Positions 1 through 15,900 of a stretch of 64,000 nucleotides of DNA are shown one piece after another. This stretch comes from Lingula anatina (Eukaryota > Animalia > Brachiopoda). Location: the NCBI GenBank assembly GCA_051362555.1, contig CM120641.1, forward strand, positions 26,914,401-26,978,400. Direction: 5' to 3'. Under the pieces are notes generated by a model. That model saw only the letters and a list, made by a program, of their open reading frames with translations. It ran no database searches and was not told where the DNA came from. The number at the start of each line of letters is the position of its first letter. The stretch's first letter is position 1. The translations under genes were made by a program, and so were the position numbers.

Positions 1-79
1 CATAGGCATGTTCATGGATTTGTCCCTAAAATTGCAAAGATAGGTTCAGATCCATAAAATATATGATGTCTGATGCTGA

Positions 80-1454
<1,375 letters not shown>

Positions 1455-1879
1455 TGACAGCATACTATCAGGAATTTAGTATTCACATACCATGCCAGTA
1501 TTGTCTTTCCATCAGGATAAAAATTACTGAAAATGTAAATAATAATAGCAGGCAGAATACACATGACTGACAAAGGGTGATAACAATTTACCAGGCATAT
1601 GCATATAGTGAACATATATCATGGTGCTTCCTATGTGAAATTTCAGTGTATTTAAATCTTGTGGTGAAAGTGCAGCTGACAAAATCAGGACACATCTAGT
1701 CAAACTGTTCAAAACGCAAGGTCTTTTTATAACTGTAACTACTAACATTACAAAAGTTAGTTAATTTTCTAGATGCAAACCTAGACTTAGAATCTGAGAC
1801 ATGCAAGCCATTTCTGAATGCAGAACCTAGCTATATGAGTAAGAACTTGAAGCAGCCCCCAGCCATCGGAGGAAGATTG

Positions 1880-2210
1880 CAGCTCTATGATCAAGTTGGA
1901 CAAATTGCAGGATCTGTATGTGTACAAAAATTCATTAGAAGCAGCGGGGTACAACAGAAGGAAGGTGACCATTGAGTTTAAACCAAGCAATTTTAGCTCC
2001 AGTGAAAAGAGAAGACATAATAGAAAATTGAATTGGTTTAATTCGCCTTTCTCAAAAAATGTTAAAACACAAGTCGTATCTTTCTCCAGTTTTTAGAAAA
2101 ACATTTCCCTTGTGGAAGCAGACTCAGATCAACATTAAAGGTTACTTCCAGTAGCATGAAGAACATGCAGCAAATAATCCAGGGCCATAATAAGAAAATA
2201 TTCAAATAAG
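1880..2210 (+). mobile_element. Degenerate fragment of a Penelope-like retroelement (region C-terminal to the RT domain)
   Basis: Translation YKNSLEAAGY...KRRHNRKLNWFNSPFSKNVKT, then frameshifted LEKHFP and SSMKNMQQIIQGHNKKI. This resembles the PLE motif R-x-IIWFNPPYS-x-NV-x-T...KHFP...SYSCMPN...I-x-x-HN-x-KI. Confidence 0.65.
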
Positions 2211-4086
2211 TGACAGTAAATATGCAAGAGAAAAACTATGGGTATGTACGTGAAACTTGTAGTTGAGGTTTCGGCATGCCTCGGGGTTATTTAAAAAAAA
2301 AATGCATATATATATATATGATTTTCATAAATTGGAAGATCAAGTAAGTTTGTTTATTTTAGATGAGGTGCTCAAAATCTATTATAATAAGTCATTGTAG
2401 GTTATGGATGGAATATGATATTCCTTTTTGGCTTTTTCTCTTCCATTTTGTTATGAAATGTTCAAAATGATTATTGCATACTGTACAGCGCATTTAAGTA
2501 TAATGTAAAGTAAAATATGTCTACCATTCGCATGGATACAATCAGCATTATGTTAAGTTGTCATCAATGATTTTGTACTGCTTTGTTAATTTTTTTCCTA
2601 ATCTTTGATTATCACAATGTATAAAACATAATTTAATAATCTATTTTTTTTAAACGGAGGCATAGGGGACAGGTTATTACAACATAAGTGTTTGATCAAA
2701 CTATCAATACCCCCTAGCACTGAATGTCAACTGTATCTTGTACACTTTGTCCAAAATGGTATCCAAATGCCTTTAATTATTTTGATTGTGGATAACTTTT
2801 ACCATCTCTAATCACTACAATCTTTGATGTGATTTTTAAGAATTTGCTATGATATTTGCTGTTGTTATTTTTATTTTGTAAGAAAATACAGAATGATAAT
2901 AATATTTACCAAAACAAATGTTGTTTGTATCATGTCATCTTTACATGTTGCTTACAAGTATATTCTTAGATTCTTACTTTAGATAAAGTGAAAAACGATA
3001 TTTTTAAAAAGAAAGCAATGCAAGATGTAATTTATCATTTTATTGCAATTTCAAAGATTCAAGAAGTGATGTATTTGGGGGTTAATTTTACATAACACAC
3101 TCAAAGTCTACTGTACAGGCTTATTTTTGTTTTCAGACTATTCACTTGTCCTAGAGTAAATTTGCCTTATCTATTTACAATGTTACTTTATAAGACAAGG
3201 GTGACTAATAAATTAAAGCTCAATTCATTAAAAATGAAGGCAACATTTACAGCAGCCACTGAAGCAATGCTTCTTAATTCTTATCAGGAATTATATTGTA
3301 TGTTCTTATGCAGTTTGAATTATATCTTAAACAAAATATACAACTTAAAATAAAAGGACATCATCTTAAAAAGCATATATATGGTAGAGATATGCAATGT
3401 TCAGACCACCATTTGCAGTAAGTCCCATAGTCATTTCTTTGGTCTGAACTTTAATGTGGTCTTTCCATATTAGCCTTTCACCTTGAACACCATATCCGAT
3501 TTAAAGAAAAAATACATATATATCCAAAACACACTTTTTAAATAATGGCTTCAAGTCAATTAGAACAGTTAAAAGTGCTCACAGTATATTGAAGAATAGT
3601 GTGATGGACACTACCTTTCAATTATGTAACTCTTACAAAACGCCAATGTTAGTTGTCTTGAAGCACAAATATATTATGTATAGTTGCCCAAAACAATCCT
3701 CAAACTTTCCCCTTTCTCAGCAGCTCTTGTTGAAATTTGCAACCATTTTGTCAAAATATCTTGTTAAAAATTTGTGCAACTGCAAACCTCATGATACATT
3801 ATTTTGCAAAGTTGTGTTATCAACCATAAGATTCACACACAATGCAAAAAAAAAAAAACTGAATTACTTTTTGTCATTGCATAAATCTTTTCAGCATATA
3901 ACAAGGATGCATGACCCCTCTTGAATGGTCACTGTATCTCAAGAAGTGTTTTTTTTCTCTTATTTTTAGATCCATTGGTTCAGGTATTTAACCTGTCCAC
4001 ATTGCTTAACCAGATACTTATTTCATTCACTCATCTACAGCATGGTGTCATTGATTTCTGTTAGGTGAACTAATATATATCTTCTA

Positions 4087-7000
4087 TCATAACTTCACTA
4101 TGCCATTGTTATCAGCTTTGTCAATCAGTGCACATAGGATTGGAGACTCTACCTGTAAGTGAAAAAGAAACACCTTAACAGTCAGTTTATATTTTTAACA
4201 AAAACCATTTGAGAATTTCATACTGAAATATTTTTTAAGATTCAACACTAGAATTTACACTTTTTCACACAAAAAGCATAACATGATGATTCATTAGGCA
4301 TTTCATCTTTTTTCATTTGAAGTAACTAGATTATTACTTACCACTAAAATGTAGACACAAGATTCTGGTTCAACAAGGTACAATGATACTGCATGCGAGC
4401 TATCAGTATTTTCCTTACATCTGGATAAAAAAAAATAAAAAAGGATAATTAAACAAAACATCTCCACTTCACATGTTGTTAGAAGCTTTTTTATGGTGCA
4501 CTGTGTACTAAATGTTCATATTGCCATGCCATAACAGGTAATAAATAACTACTACTATATCTGTCATTTTAAGTATGACAAAAGAATACCGATACGGAAA
4601 TTGACATACTTTATCCTGACTTCTGCATGCCTTGGCTTTCCAGATATATCACAGTAATCACCAGCACCATAAAAATGGCTGATAAACCTGTAAAGAAGAT
4701 AAAACATTAGGCAAATCAAGTTACTCAATGTTTTACGTGCTTTGTACTATATCCTTAACAACTGGTTACGTATTAAGAATGGCCATCAGTGCAGATAACA
4801 TGTAGTTTACTTTTGAAATTTATAAGGGCAATTAGAGACGTTCCACATGTGTTTACATACTTCCTTTCTTTTATTGGTTTTGGTCTCTTAGAAGGATTCT
4901 CCCCAAGCCACTGCAGATGTCTTCCTTCACTCCACACCCCAAGTGTTATCACAGTTTTTGAACCACCTTCCTAAAAACAGGAAATGGGTGAGGTGTAAAA
5001 AGTTATTAGTTCTCTCTCTAAATTCTGAGAGATATTTTGTTTCAGTAGTTTATCTATAACCATGAATTTCACATTAAACTTTATATTTATATTTATATTA
5101 CTGTATATCAGTCTTGAAAGTCTATATATCATAAATTAAATAATTCAACTTTACAAACTAACAAATAATTTGAAAAATAAACTTGTGTAAATATAAATAT
5201 TAAATGCATTTGAGAAAAACAAGAAAATAAGCAGCCATTCAAAATATTGTCATAGTCAGAATGACATTATCCAAGTAACAATACTTCATACTCACTTCAT
5301 GGAACTGAATTAAATGTTTTCCATAGCAAAATTCATGTTTCCACCACCCCAGTCCCTATAAAGGAAAATATTCATGTTACAAAGGATTGTGAGAGTTGAT
5401 GAGCCAAGAATGGAGAATACTGTTACTTTTTCAGTCCTTGAATTTTATTTTAATGAGTCACCTATCTCACCTATCCGCATCACCTATCTCATAATTGCTC
5501 AATAATGCAAATGATCAGAAATATTTTTTTAAAAAATCATTATTCGTTCATCAACAGGAGTCTTATAGTTGCCATGTTATCCATAATCTTGTAGACTATT
5601 GCCCCAGAGTTTGGTAGAGTGGGCAGAGCAATATGTATTATTATAATTAGGCAATTCTACCCTGACCATCCAAGCAACAAATATTTGAAGAGGAAAAACT
5701 GAACAGCGACTCTCCCTTAAGCCCAAACAAACCTTTAACGAAATATAAAATTCCTGAGCTGAGAATCTTACCCCTTGGATGCAATATTCTCCTTTTAAAA
5801 AGTCGTTCAACAATTGCTGGTCTGTGCTGGACTTGAGATCTGTGCCATGAGAACCCTTGCTGGAATCCCACGATGGCTGCTGTACAGTTTCCTGCTGGGG
5901 TCTCTGAATAACTGGATGCACCTCTTGTGTCTAAATATAAATCTGAATGTTAATATCATTTCTAATTCAAAAGCATGAAGTAATTTTTCTTCAGTCAACG
6001 GTTTAATATTGAAAAAGTTACCTCCAATATTTGAATGTCTAACAGAACATCTTCATCAGTGAATGAGGCTTTTCAGGTGAACAGCCTCTATTGGAGGTAA
6101 CTATTTCAATATTAAGCTGTTGACTGAAGAAATATTACTTCATTCTAATAACATAACACAGTCGATGAAATTCTTCTCCAATTCAAAAGCAGGTTTTAAA
6201 ATATAAACATTTTTGTTTTGTAATATCTAATAAGGTCTTCTGGTCAGGTGGTGTTTAAGTAGTGACCTGGTCAAGCTGAAAACAGGTTGATGAACCCAAA
6301 TTGCACGAGGTGGTATGTTACATGTATAAAGAAATGGCATTTATTTCACTTGAAAAAGTATTCCATAAACCATACTGCTCAACTTTAAGAATTTCATAAC
6401 TGCTTCCTGGCATACAATGTGACAGCACCTTTCCAGTAGGTATAATCGAAAAGCTGTTTCAGCACAAACCATCTGGCTAGATCTTACCTGTTTTCTATTA
6501 TATCTCCCCTGAGTATTTTCTAGTTCAAGTAAATCTAGACTTTTTGGTCTTCTAGGAGAGCCATCTAAAGGCTCACAGCGTATTCCTTGCACAGGCTGGT
6601 CTGCTGTTCTAAAATAAAACAATATAACAACAGTTTTTATGATGATGATGATCATACGTCACTTCATTGACAAGACTTACATAGTGTAAAGATCAATTTC
6701 CAATCTTCCCCGCTCCATAAAACATCAACTGTACAAAACAATGCTTTATGACAGAATTATGATTTTATTAATTCATTTTTACATATTTAAAAATATGTAA
6801 AAAAAAAAAAAATATATATATATATAGGCATTGTTATATAGATATAGTTCTCACTCTTTTATTTTCATGTTTAAATTTTTGGTCAAAGTGACAATTAATT
6901 AAATTCTACCATACACTTCAAAGGTAAACCAAATAGTTTTGCTGTTGCTCTTTTATTTCAAAATCTATTATTTTCAAGATAATGAATTATCTTTTAAAAC

Positions 7001-9695
7001 ATTATGACATTATGTACTTAAGAAGAAATGCTATGTGACTTACTTATAAGCTGGATGAGAACAGAGTAGTGCTGTTAACACGACCACCTCATATTCACAG
7101 CTAGACGTCTCCTTCAGTTCATACACTTCTCCTTTGCCATCTGGTTGACAAACATAGTGCAATCGAGCCTTTCTGTGCTCTCCTGTCAGATCACATTTAG
7201 TGCCTTCTGTGAAGTTGACTTGGTAGTAAGTCAGCTCCATATTGTCTACTTTTCGCTTTTTATGAGGCTGGAAGATGCAAATATGACTAAGTTCTTGTAA
7301 AGATAGGAATACAATGTGACACAAAGTGTTGTTAAAATCGTGACATACATAAGGTTATGAAACTGATTGCAATCTCAATCTGCAAGAAAAAAAAGCAAGT
7401 TTTTAAAAACCTGTTCTCTTTTCTAACTGATGGTATAATAAGAAACAAGTAGTGTACCTTTTGCGCATCTTCTACAGGTGGTTCTTGGTTGTTATCTTCT
7501 TTTTTGTAATATCCAAGATAATATTCTTGCAGATGCCCCTTCTACAATATAACATGATTCTTCTTATATATGCTTTATGCAATGCATAACCCAATAAATT
7601 TTTCAAGGATATTTTTGCAAGACATTTTTTTCACATGTTTAGTGACACAATGAAGAAATTTGTTTAATATTCTTTTTTTTTTTAGATAAAGTCAATTCAT
7701 ATAGTTACCTTGCCACTTTCTTTGACTTCATGATATTGCCTCAAATATTTTCCATGGCACAGCTCATACGTCCAATAGCTCTCAATCTAAAAAAATATTG
7801 GATTAAACGGAGAACAATATAAATGGTAAATGAGAGATTTCTCACAAACAAAAAATAACATTAATACTACACAATTTATGAATAAAACATAACTATCAGA
7901 AAAATGTAATAGTTCATGGGGCCATCCTAAAATGTGCAATACAGCACAACATAGCACATAAAGTATTCACAGGAAACGGTCATTTGCAAGAAAATAGGGT
8001 GACATAGAAGCACAATATTTTACTAGGTAACAAATATTGTTGATTGTTGATACTGTTTGTTTATGGATTGTTAGTTCATCTGCCATATTGGCCACCAGAG
8101 AAGTTATAGGAAGTGTTTTTTCTTGGAAATATGGCAGATGACCTGGCATAAATAAATCATACCAATGTAATTTTCACAAAAGAAATCTTACAGATGAACA
8201 TAACTGGTAGATTTTCTTACCCTATATGAACAGCTACTTTGCTTATATAATGGACTTAACAGCTCTTCTTCACTTGGACCATTGTGATTCAGTTCTTCCT
8301 GCAAATAAACAGAATCAAACAGATGTCAGCAAATCCTTGCATAACAAAGCACGATGAAATGAATAAGATTACCATACTGTTTTTCATTCTGACAGTCTTC
8401 TGCATTGCTAAAAACCTTACATCTTAAAGGCATGAGTGTACTTTTAAATTCTACTGATCATTTCTAATTTTTTAATCCAAATTTTGAACTGTTTTTTCCC
8501 CCTCTTTTTTTCAATATCAATAACACAGAGTCCAGTACAATTTTCCACGTAACAGTGGTTCTTTATTTTCAACTTCCTTACACATCTACACCATTAGCCT
8601 TAACACTTACACACATAGCACTTTTTTACCTGTGAACGAGATCCTGAGGATTGAGGCTTTGGGAAAATGCATCTATATTTTTCCTTGTTGTTTGTGGTAA
8701 GCAATAAACTATCTTCATCCTAGAAAATAATCAGCATCCATACATAATTTGTTCATATACATTAAAACATACATTATACATTAAAAGGCATTGATTCTCA
8801 TCAAATACACATAGTAGATAATGAAAATGTTTAGACTACTTTTCTTCTTTCCCCTCCCCCTTAAATGCACAATACAGCAAAAACAACTCTGCTTGCAAGC
8901 AAACATAGGAAAAGGTCATTCCCAAGAAAATAGGGTGATATAAAAGTGAAATATTTGATTAGGAATGAACATGTTGATAAAACATAACAAACCAGTATGA
9001 TATGTGGTACAATTTGTTTATCTTAGGATAATATTTCTACGAAGAGCTACTAAGAAAAGCTACTAGCATATACGTGTAGCTCTTCATGAGTGGCCATCAT
9101 GGCAGATGATCTGACGATAAACAAAAACAAATTGGACATTTTTTTATTTGGATGAACGATATTAATAACCTCATATAAACGTTGCTTTTATTTCACCCTA
9201 TTTTCTTGTGAACAGTTTTTCCTATGTTTATATGTCACCAAACTCGTTTTTTCTAGTATACTGCACTGTATAATGTATTGTAGTATGATCCGTTCTTCAC
9301 CTGTTTTATTATTAATTACCTTAGGAAAAGTACTATACCCAAGGTTTTTCTCAGTTAACAAAATGGAAAAACTAATTTGTTCATTTCATATAAATATCAA
9401 TCTATGATGTTTTAAATTAGCTACAAAACGATACCTATAGAACGGCAGTTAACGAAGAAATTGGGGGCCTCCATCGATTCTAACATTAACGCCAGTCATC
9501 TTACAATTAAATAATTTAAACATCTTGGTGATTTTTAGAACTCACATTTAGAAGATTGTCTTCGTCGGGAAATGATGCTGCAGGCACCCAGTTAATGGTA
9601 TGTAAAACATCATCAGAAAAAGGATTAAAGTCTGTTCCCCCTGAAGTAAAAATACTGACGAAAATAACTAAGAAAACTTCCTTCTCAGGCTTCAT
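4087..9695 (-). CDS. ERLEC1: Endoplasmic reticulum lectin 1 (XTP3-B), two MRH domains, 13 coding exons
   Basis: Minus-strand exons 9695-9546, 8719-8630, 8298-8221, 7786-7709, 7541-7458, 7267-7044, 6608-6488, 5930-5772, 5355-5296, 4970-4861, 4687-4610, 4420-4342, 4152-4087 have consistent phases. Signal-peptide-like N-terminus, then [99 protein letters not shown] and [11 protein letters not shown]. Confidence 0.92.
5975..6143. mobile_element. Small palindromic MITE (hairpin element) in an ERLEC1 intron
   Basis: ATGAAGTAATTTTTCTTCAGTCAACGGTTTAATATTGAAAAAGTTACCTCCAATA pairs with the near-perfect reverse complement TATTGGAGGTAACTATTTCAATATTAAGCTGTTGACTGAAGAAATATTACTTCAT (about 55-bp arms). Confidence 0.75.
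8865..9268. mobile_element. Degenerate inverted-repeat MITE; a related partial copy lies at about 7935-8200
   Basis: Left arm AAACATAGGAAAAGGTCATTCCCAAGAAAATAGGGTGATATAAAAG versus right arm CTTTTATTTCACCCTATTTTCTTGTGAACAGTTTTTCCTATGTTT. The same CAAGAAAATAGGGTGA core recurs near 7987. Confidence 0.6.
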
Positions 9696-9970
9696 GATGT
9701 TTTTCTTACACACGAAACTGTCACGACATCGTGGAGATTACCCATTTGCTGTTCAACAGGTCAGCGCCACATCAATAAGAGTCCCGCATCGATACAAGGA
9801 ATTTTAAAAAATATAGATTATAAACTTATCGAATAGATTATTTCGCTCAGTATTTTATAGAATTTCTATATTTATTACTGATTGTTATATAAGCATTTAA
9901 ATTCATTTTGTCTTCTTAAACTTGTGAATTTTACACCTGTCACTCCCGTTTCTGCGAGACAACATTAAGG
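9696..9970. promoter_or_regulatory. Bidirectional promoter between ERLEC1 and TMEM87
   Basis: Divergent start codons (9695 minus, 9971 plus) only 275 bp apart, with local CpG retention. Confidence 0.75.
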
Positions 9971-12900
9971 ATGGCGAATAATTTAGAAGGGCTAGTGCTG
10001 GTGTTGTCGCTTTTTTTGGCAAGTGTAATTGCAGTAGAGCAAGGAAGATGGCAATTTTCGCTGAATCAGGTACATTTCTTAAATGTTTTTGATGGCATCA
10101 TTCGTTAATATGAAGGATAGATGTCTGTTCTTATTTCAGTGGGATATGTGACGTGGAATTATTTTTATTTTCACAGTTGTAACCTTATATCTTACTGATT
10201 TGATATTTTATATGACATTTCGTCTGAAAGAAGTACTTTAAGTGTTTATTATATAGTCTGTGCTGGATGAAAATTGTCCATTTATTCACTCTTTCCTTCT
10301 TGTTACGTCCCCATTGAATCCATCTTCCACTGATAGAGGCTACATACTGAGTATTTATATTTTCCCCCCGAGACATACTAAAATGCGTAATACAGAGCAG
10401 TATGCTAGTACGAAAATGAGTCAAAAGTTTCTCAACTTCATTTTCAAAAAACGTCACTTGGACTTTGTCATGCAATGAGTTTAGAAGCTAGTCATATACA
10501 TGGGAGAGGAACGTCCAAACAAGGAGTACATGCATACTAAAGTTGGTGTATTTAGTGTATTCTGTTGAAGTGTAAGAAACTTTCCTGAAGAGTAGCTGTT
10601 TTAAAATCAAGTGCAGATATTTCTCAAAACATTGTTATATAATAACAGTTAAAAGTGCTCTGCACAATCATAGAATGTTACATTATTGATAGTGACATAT
10701 ACCTATTTTTTTTATCTTTTAGGACAATGCATATGCCATGGTACACAAGACCATGTATAATAACACCCCTGTATCAGTAAAAGGTAAGTCAATAGTGTTT
10801 GGAAAATAATTTGATTTTCAGTTAACATTTACACTCCTCATTTGACAAAAGTGGTATGTTGCAGTTTGATGGTGAATGTTATTTTTCTGGATCTTAAATT
10901 TGAATTTTATTTGCAGTTGACTGCTCAAGTAATGTGAAGATAAGAGTACAGTGGAAGCTACGATATCTACCATGCTATATAAGTGCAGCTGAAGGGGTAT
11001 GTTTATTTTTTTTATCATTAAAGTTGTATAGTTTAGACATGCCCTTATCATTTGATTTTGACATGCTTGCATTTGTCAGAAAAATGACTAAATGAAATGA
11101 GAAACTGACAGTTCAAAATCCTTATTATTTCAAAATATCATGCATTAGCAATATATATGTCTTACTTCTTAACCAACCACATTTTCTATACTGGCAGACA
11201 TTTACAGAATCAACTTTGTATGTAGAATGCTTCACTGCATAAAAATCACTAACATGGATTGTTTTGAAAGAACAAGTAGTAACAAAGACATTAAGAATGT
11301 AAAAAATTATCTGTAAAAAATGTTCTGATGGTTGATTTAAAAATTGTAAAGTGAAAAATGTTTATTTAAAGGATGTACCTTCATGAATAACTTCAAATTA
11401 ATTTTAATCATTGATTTTCACGAATTTAGGCATACTTAATATTGGATTTTGATAGAAAAATTATTCATTGACAAGTATGATAGATCAGTTATGTCTTTTT
11501 TTTAAGGGAGACTCACAAGAACAAAATTCTAATAATTTTTACAACATGGATCACAGTCCCCTTGTGGAGTTTGAAAACACACTAGGACAGATTAGAGTCC
11601 AAACTAGTACTGGGAATAATACTGGAGATTGTGGACAGCTAACATTAAAGGTGAGGACAATAGTGTCTTTAAGCATTGCCATCATCTGGTGCTGGAGGTA
11701 TGACCATTCAACTTTTTTCTTATTGCAATAGCTAGGCAGTGATAATGTCATTTGGCTTCAAGCACATGTAGAAATCTCACTGCTCTAATATGACAGTCAA
11801 GCTCAAACATGGGCTTGATCTGATTTTCTTTTCAATAGTTTTGGCATTGTGGGCACTGTATCTTCTAAATGGTCACTGTTAAGTTAAAGCTTATATCTGC
11901 CAGGGTTAATTATTGGCCTTCAATGTACATCAAGTTCAAATTGGGCACAGTCTGATTATTCTTTTTTTTTTCATTTTATTTTTATTTTTGTAATTTTTAT
12001 TTCTCTATAACGTATTGTTTACCTTTCTTGTTATAAAGAGTTTCATAAGATTATATTGCTCTGCTTTCAATAAAAATGAAGTGCACAATTTGTTTTTGTG
12101 ACTTAACTTTTTGCATTTGATTAATGAAATATACTTTTTCCATGTATTGAATTTAACTCTAAAAACAAGGGATGGACAGAAATGAAGCACTTGTAAACCA
12201 AATGTGACTTTTAAACATTGGCTGAGATTTTTCAGTTCATTCATTTGAAAAGTTCCTTTTTATAAAGTTTTCTGATTGAACTTTTGTAGGATGAGAGTGG
12301 TGCGCCAATTAATGTGATACGATTTACCACAGTAAGTATTAGTGCACAGCCCACCATTATTATGAATTATTAAGAGGCATTATAAAGCAGGATATCATAG
12401 ATAAGTGTGTGGTATTAGTTTGTATAATTTTAGGTTTTCCCAGCAGCACTACAACAGTGAATATAAGATCAAAAAAGCTCTTTTCACATGGAATCTCTTA
12501 AATTGAGAAATAGTTACAATTTGGTGTTTTACATTTGAACAGATCTTTTCTTATTCCATGATTTCTGATAATGGTGGATTTAAAGGGTGGGACACAGTCT
12601 GTTAAATGGTACAATGATTTTACATTTTTGTTTGATGAAAATTTTAATTATTTTTATTCTAGACAAATATTACTGAAAAAGCCAGTGATTCAAGTGATAA
12701 AAGTGTAGGCTCAGAAGCTGGAAAGGTAAATAAGTAATATGTGTGTCTTGAAATCTTGCCTTCTTTGTACGTCTGCTTCTTCATACACTACATGTATGTG
12801 TCAGGCCTTCATGCTGTTTGAGGTCACAGTATATAGACTTTTGCAATCTCCTTTGTGGGGATACAAGTTTTTTTTAAATCATTTATAATATTCTCATGCT

Positions 12901-15900
12901 TATGTGAATTAAGAGACTTATTTTGTCTACAAAATTCTAATTTGGCTATTTGATCTAACTACCTACATATACCTAATACCTACGTATATACTAATCTTCC
13001 TACCTACCAACCTTCCCCCCCCCCCCCCCCCCATCCCCCTGCCTGCCTCTTTTAGCTTTTAGGTTTGTTTCATTTACGGTTAATTATCTCTGATTACATT
13101 TCAACTTTAAAAAAAGGTTGATATGTGTTGTATTATTTTTCATCAGGCTGGTAAAGTCAAACGTCAAGCAACGCCTCCTTTAAATGTGGTAAGAATGGTC
13201 TTATTCTTCAAAATGCTTCTGCCTTTGAAGGTTGAATGATTTGTTGACTTTCTGACTGCATGTCACCAGTAAATTATTTATTTTTGACAAAAATAATCTC
13301 TAATAGAAATCTCAAATAGAAAATAAGCTTGGTTTAAGAACTGCTTCAAAGACAAAACATTTCAGTTACTCATGTATATATTTTGAATGATAAACGTTTT
13401 AAAGTTTAAGACTTAAAAGACTTATTGTCCAGCATCTGTGATGTATTTTTGACAGACCAAAACAAAAGCAGTAACGACTGCTGCAGTCACGGTAGCAGGG
13501 CCACAACCAGTAGAACAAAGTACAAAAGGTCAAACCAACAAGCCAATGCCTGCTGGTAACAAGGTATTAACTTGTTCTTTTCTAATAAATAAAGACTGTT
13601 AAATGAAGAGGTTCCAATTTAAGATTTATGCAGCCATGACATAGTGGATGGCTGGTTTGATTAAAATTGATGCTGTCTCCTGTTTTGCGCCAGAAAATTG
13701 GACAGTTAGTTTGCCCATGCCTCTCAGGGTAGGAAATGTGTGCAGCCTTTAGATGGCTCTCTTCAGTCAATAAAAGTTGGAAGTTTGATGACCAAAAGCT
13801 CATTATTTGTTCATTGATGGTTGATTTTCTTGAAGGTTCTGATGTTTGTTAGTTTTTATCAATAAGAGTGGAGAACAAATGCTTATCCTTCTATTTAACT
13901 TTTTTTCTCATTAAGGAGGACACGTCATATGTGGCTCGTGCCTGGCAGGATGGTACCTATGTCTTTATGATAAAGGTGTCTTCAGAAGAAAAATTTGATG
14001 TATCAGGTAATATTTGAAGCCCATTGTTAGTTTTTGTCATCTATTTGTTGATTTACTTGTTTATATGTAAATGTGACTGTATTTTTCTGAGCATTTTGTG
14101 TTGGAAGTTTTTGAATGAGTTGTACTTGGATTTAACACTTAATAATTGGTGTCCATTGTTATTGTTTAAACTATTGGTCTGGTGATATGTTGATGTAACA
14201 CCTAATTTTTTGAGCATTTTGTGAGATATTTTAATATAAACCATACCTCATGTGTCATGATACTGCTTTATTTTCAGTGGATATCAGCATTGAGAATGCA
14301 CATGGTTATCTGTCAGCTGTGGATTGGCCACTTATTATCGTGAGTACCCGTATATTAAACATATATAACCTCTGTATTAGCATAGACCAAATTTGGTAAT
14401 TTCACAAAAAGTAAAAAGATCCTGTTTTTTTAAAGAACAACGTAGATGGGATTAAAGTTAAGCATTGGTGTTTTTCAGTTATTTTTCATGCAGTAAAATG
14501 TGTAAATATTATTGTTCTTATTTTCCAGTTTTATGGTGTCATGTGCATCATTTATGTGCTGTATGGATTATTGTGGCTTATCATGTCATTTTGTAATTGG
14601 AAAGATTTACTGAGAATTCAGTTTTGGATTGGAGCAGTCATTTTCTTAGGTATGAATACTTAATATATAACTATTTCACTTTAAGGACACTTTAATTTCA
14701 AAATTTGAGGACCTTGTGTCAGCACTGAGATAATAAGTAGTATCCTGTAAAATTGATTCATGCAAAAAGTTTCATAATACTATATAGATCTGAACAGCAT
14801 AAAAAGCCTGTTACATTTACTTTTCATTAATTTTTTTCAGGAATGTTGGAAAAAGCTGTATTTTATGCAGAATATCAGTCCATCAACTCAACAGGAAAAT
14901 CTGGTAAAAAAACCCCCAAAATTAGACTTATTTTAAAAAGATGTTCTATTTTTGTGTAAGTTGCCTGAAACCTTTTATAATTTTTTTTTCTGAAACTTCA
15001 AGTAATTCATTGCTAAGACTACCTTAAATGATGAGTGCAACATCTTTATTCATTGTTACAGTAAGAGGAGCCATTATAGTAGCAGAGTTGGTGTCCTGTA
15101 TGAAGAGAGCTCTGGCCAGAATGCTTGTTGTTATTGTCAGTTTAGGATTTGGAATAGTCAAGTAAGTACTTTGTAACTGTTTTCTTTTATGTGTTGTCCT
15201 ATACAACAGTGTTTGGGTATCATTCCCATCTTTTAAGCCATTTATTCTGATTTATTATTTGGGATATCTTTCCAAGGAACTGCTTTCACAAAATGAATAA
15301 AACCAGGAAACAGTCTTAGAAAATACTCCCCAGAATTTTAGCCCAGCTAATTGCCCTAGTTAATTGCTTTATAACAATAATTGAAAAAGCCTACAGCTCA
15401 TTATATATATTTACATTTACACTAAGATACATGTAGGTTGTTACTTATGAAGCCTTTACAGTCACCATCATTTGATTTTGATGGCTTCTTTGATGTGTTT
15501 ATTTTTTAAAATTCCAGGCCCCGTCTAGGTCCAATGCTTCACCGTGTGCTTGGTATGGGAGCCCTTTACTTTATTCTTGGATCAGTGGAAGGGTGCTTGA
15601 GAGTACTCAATGTGAGTATATGCTATATATAAGACAACAGAGAAAACAAGTGTGGCTGGGTGAGGACCTTATTGAAATTAGCATCGTCTATCTCTTCTTT
15701 AACCAGTTGGCATTTCCCTTGTTGAATGAGTATAATTTATTTATCTATATATTTATTACACATTTGAATAGAAAACATGGCCACAAAGTAATTGATTTTC
15801 TTCCAGTAGAAGATGAAAGAACATTGCAATGCTTGGTACTGTTTGAAGAAAGATACTGTGTACGCAGTCAATTTTCCATCACTTTCCCTCTACAAGTTAA

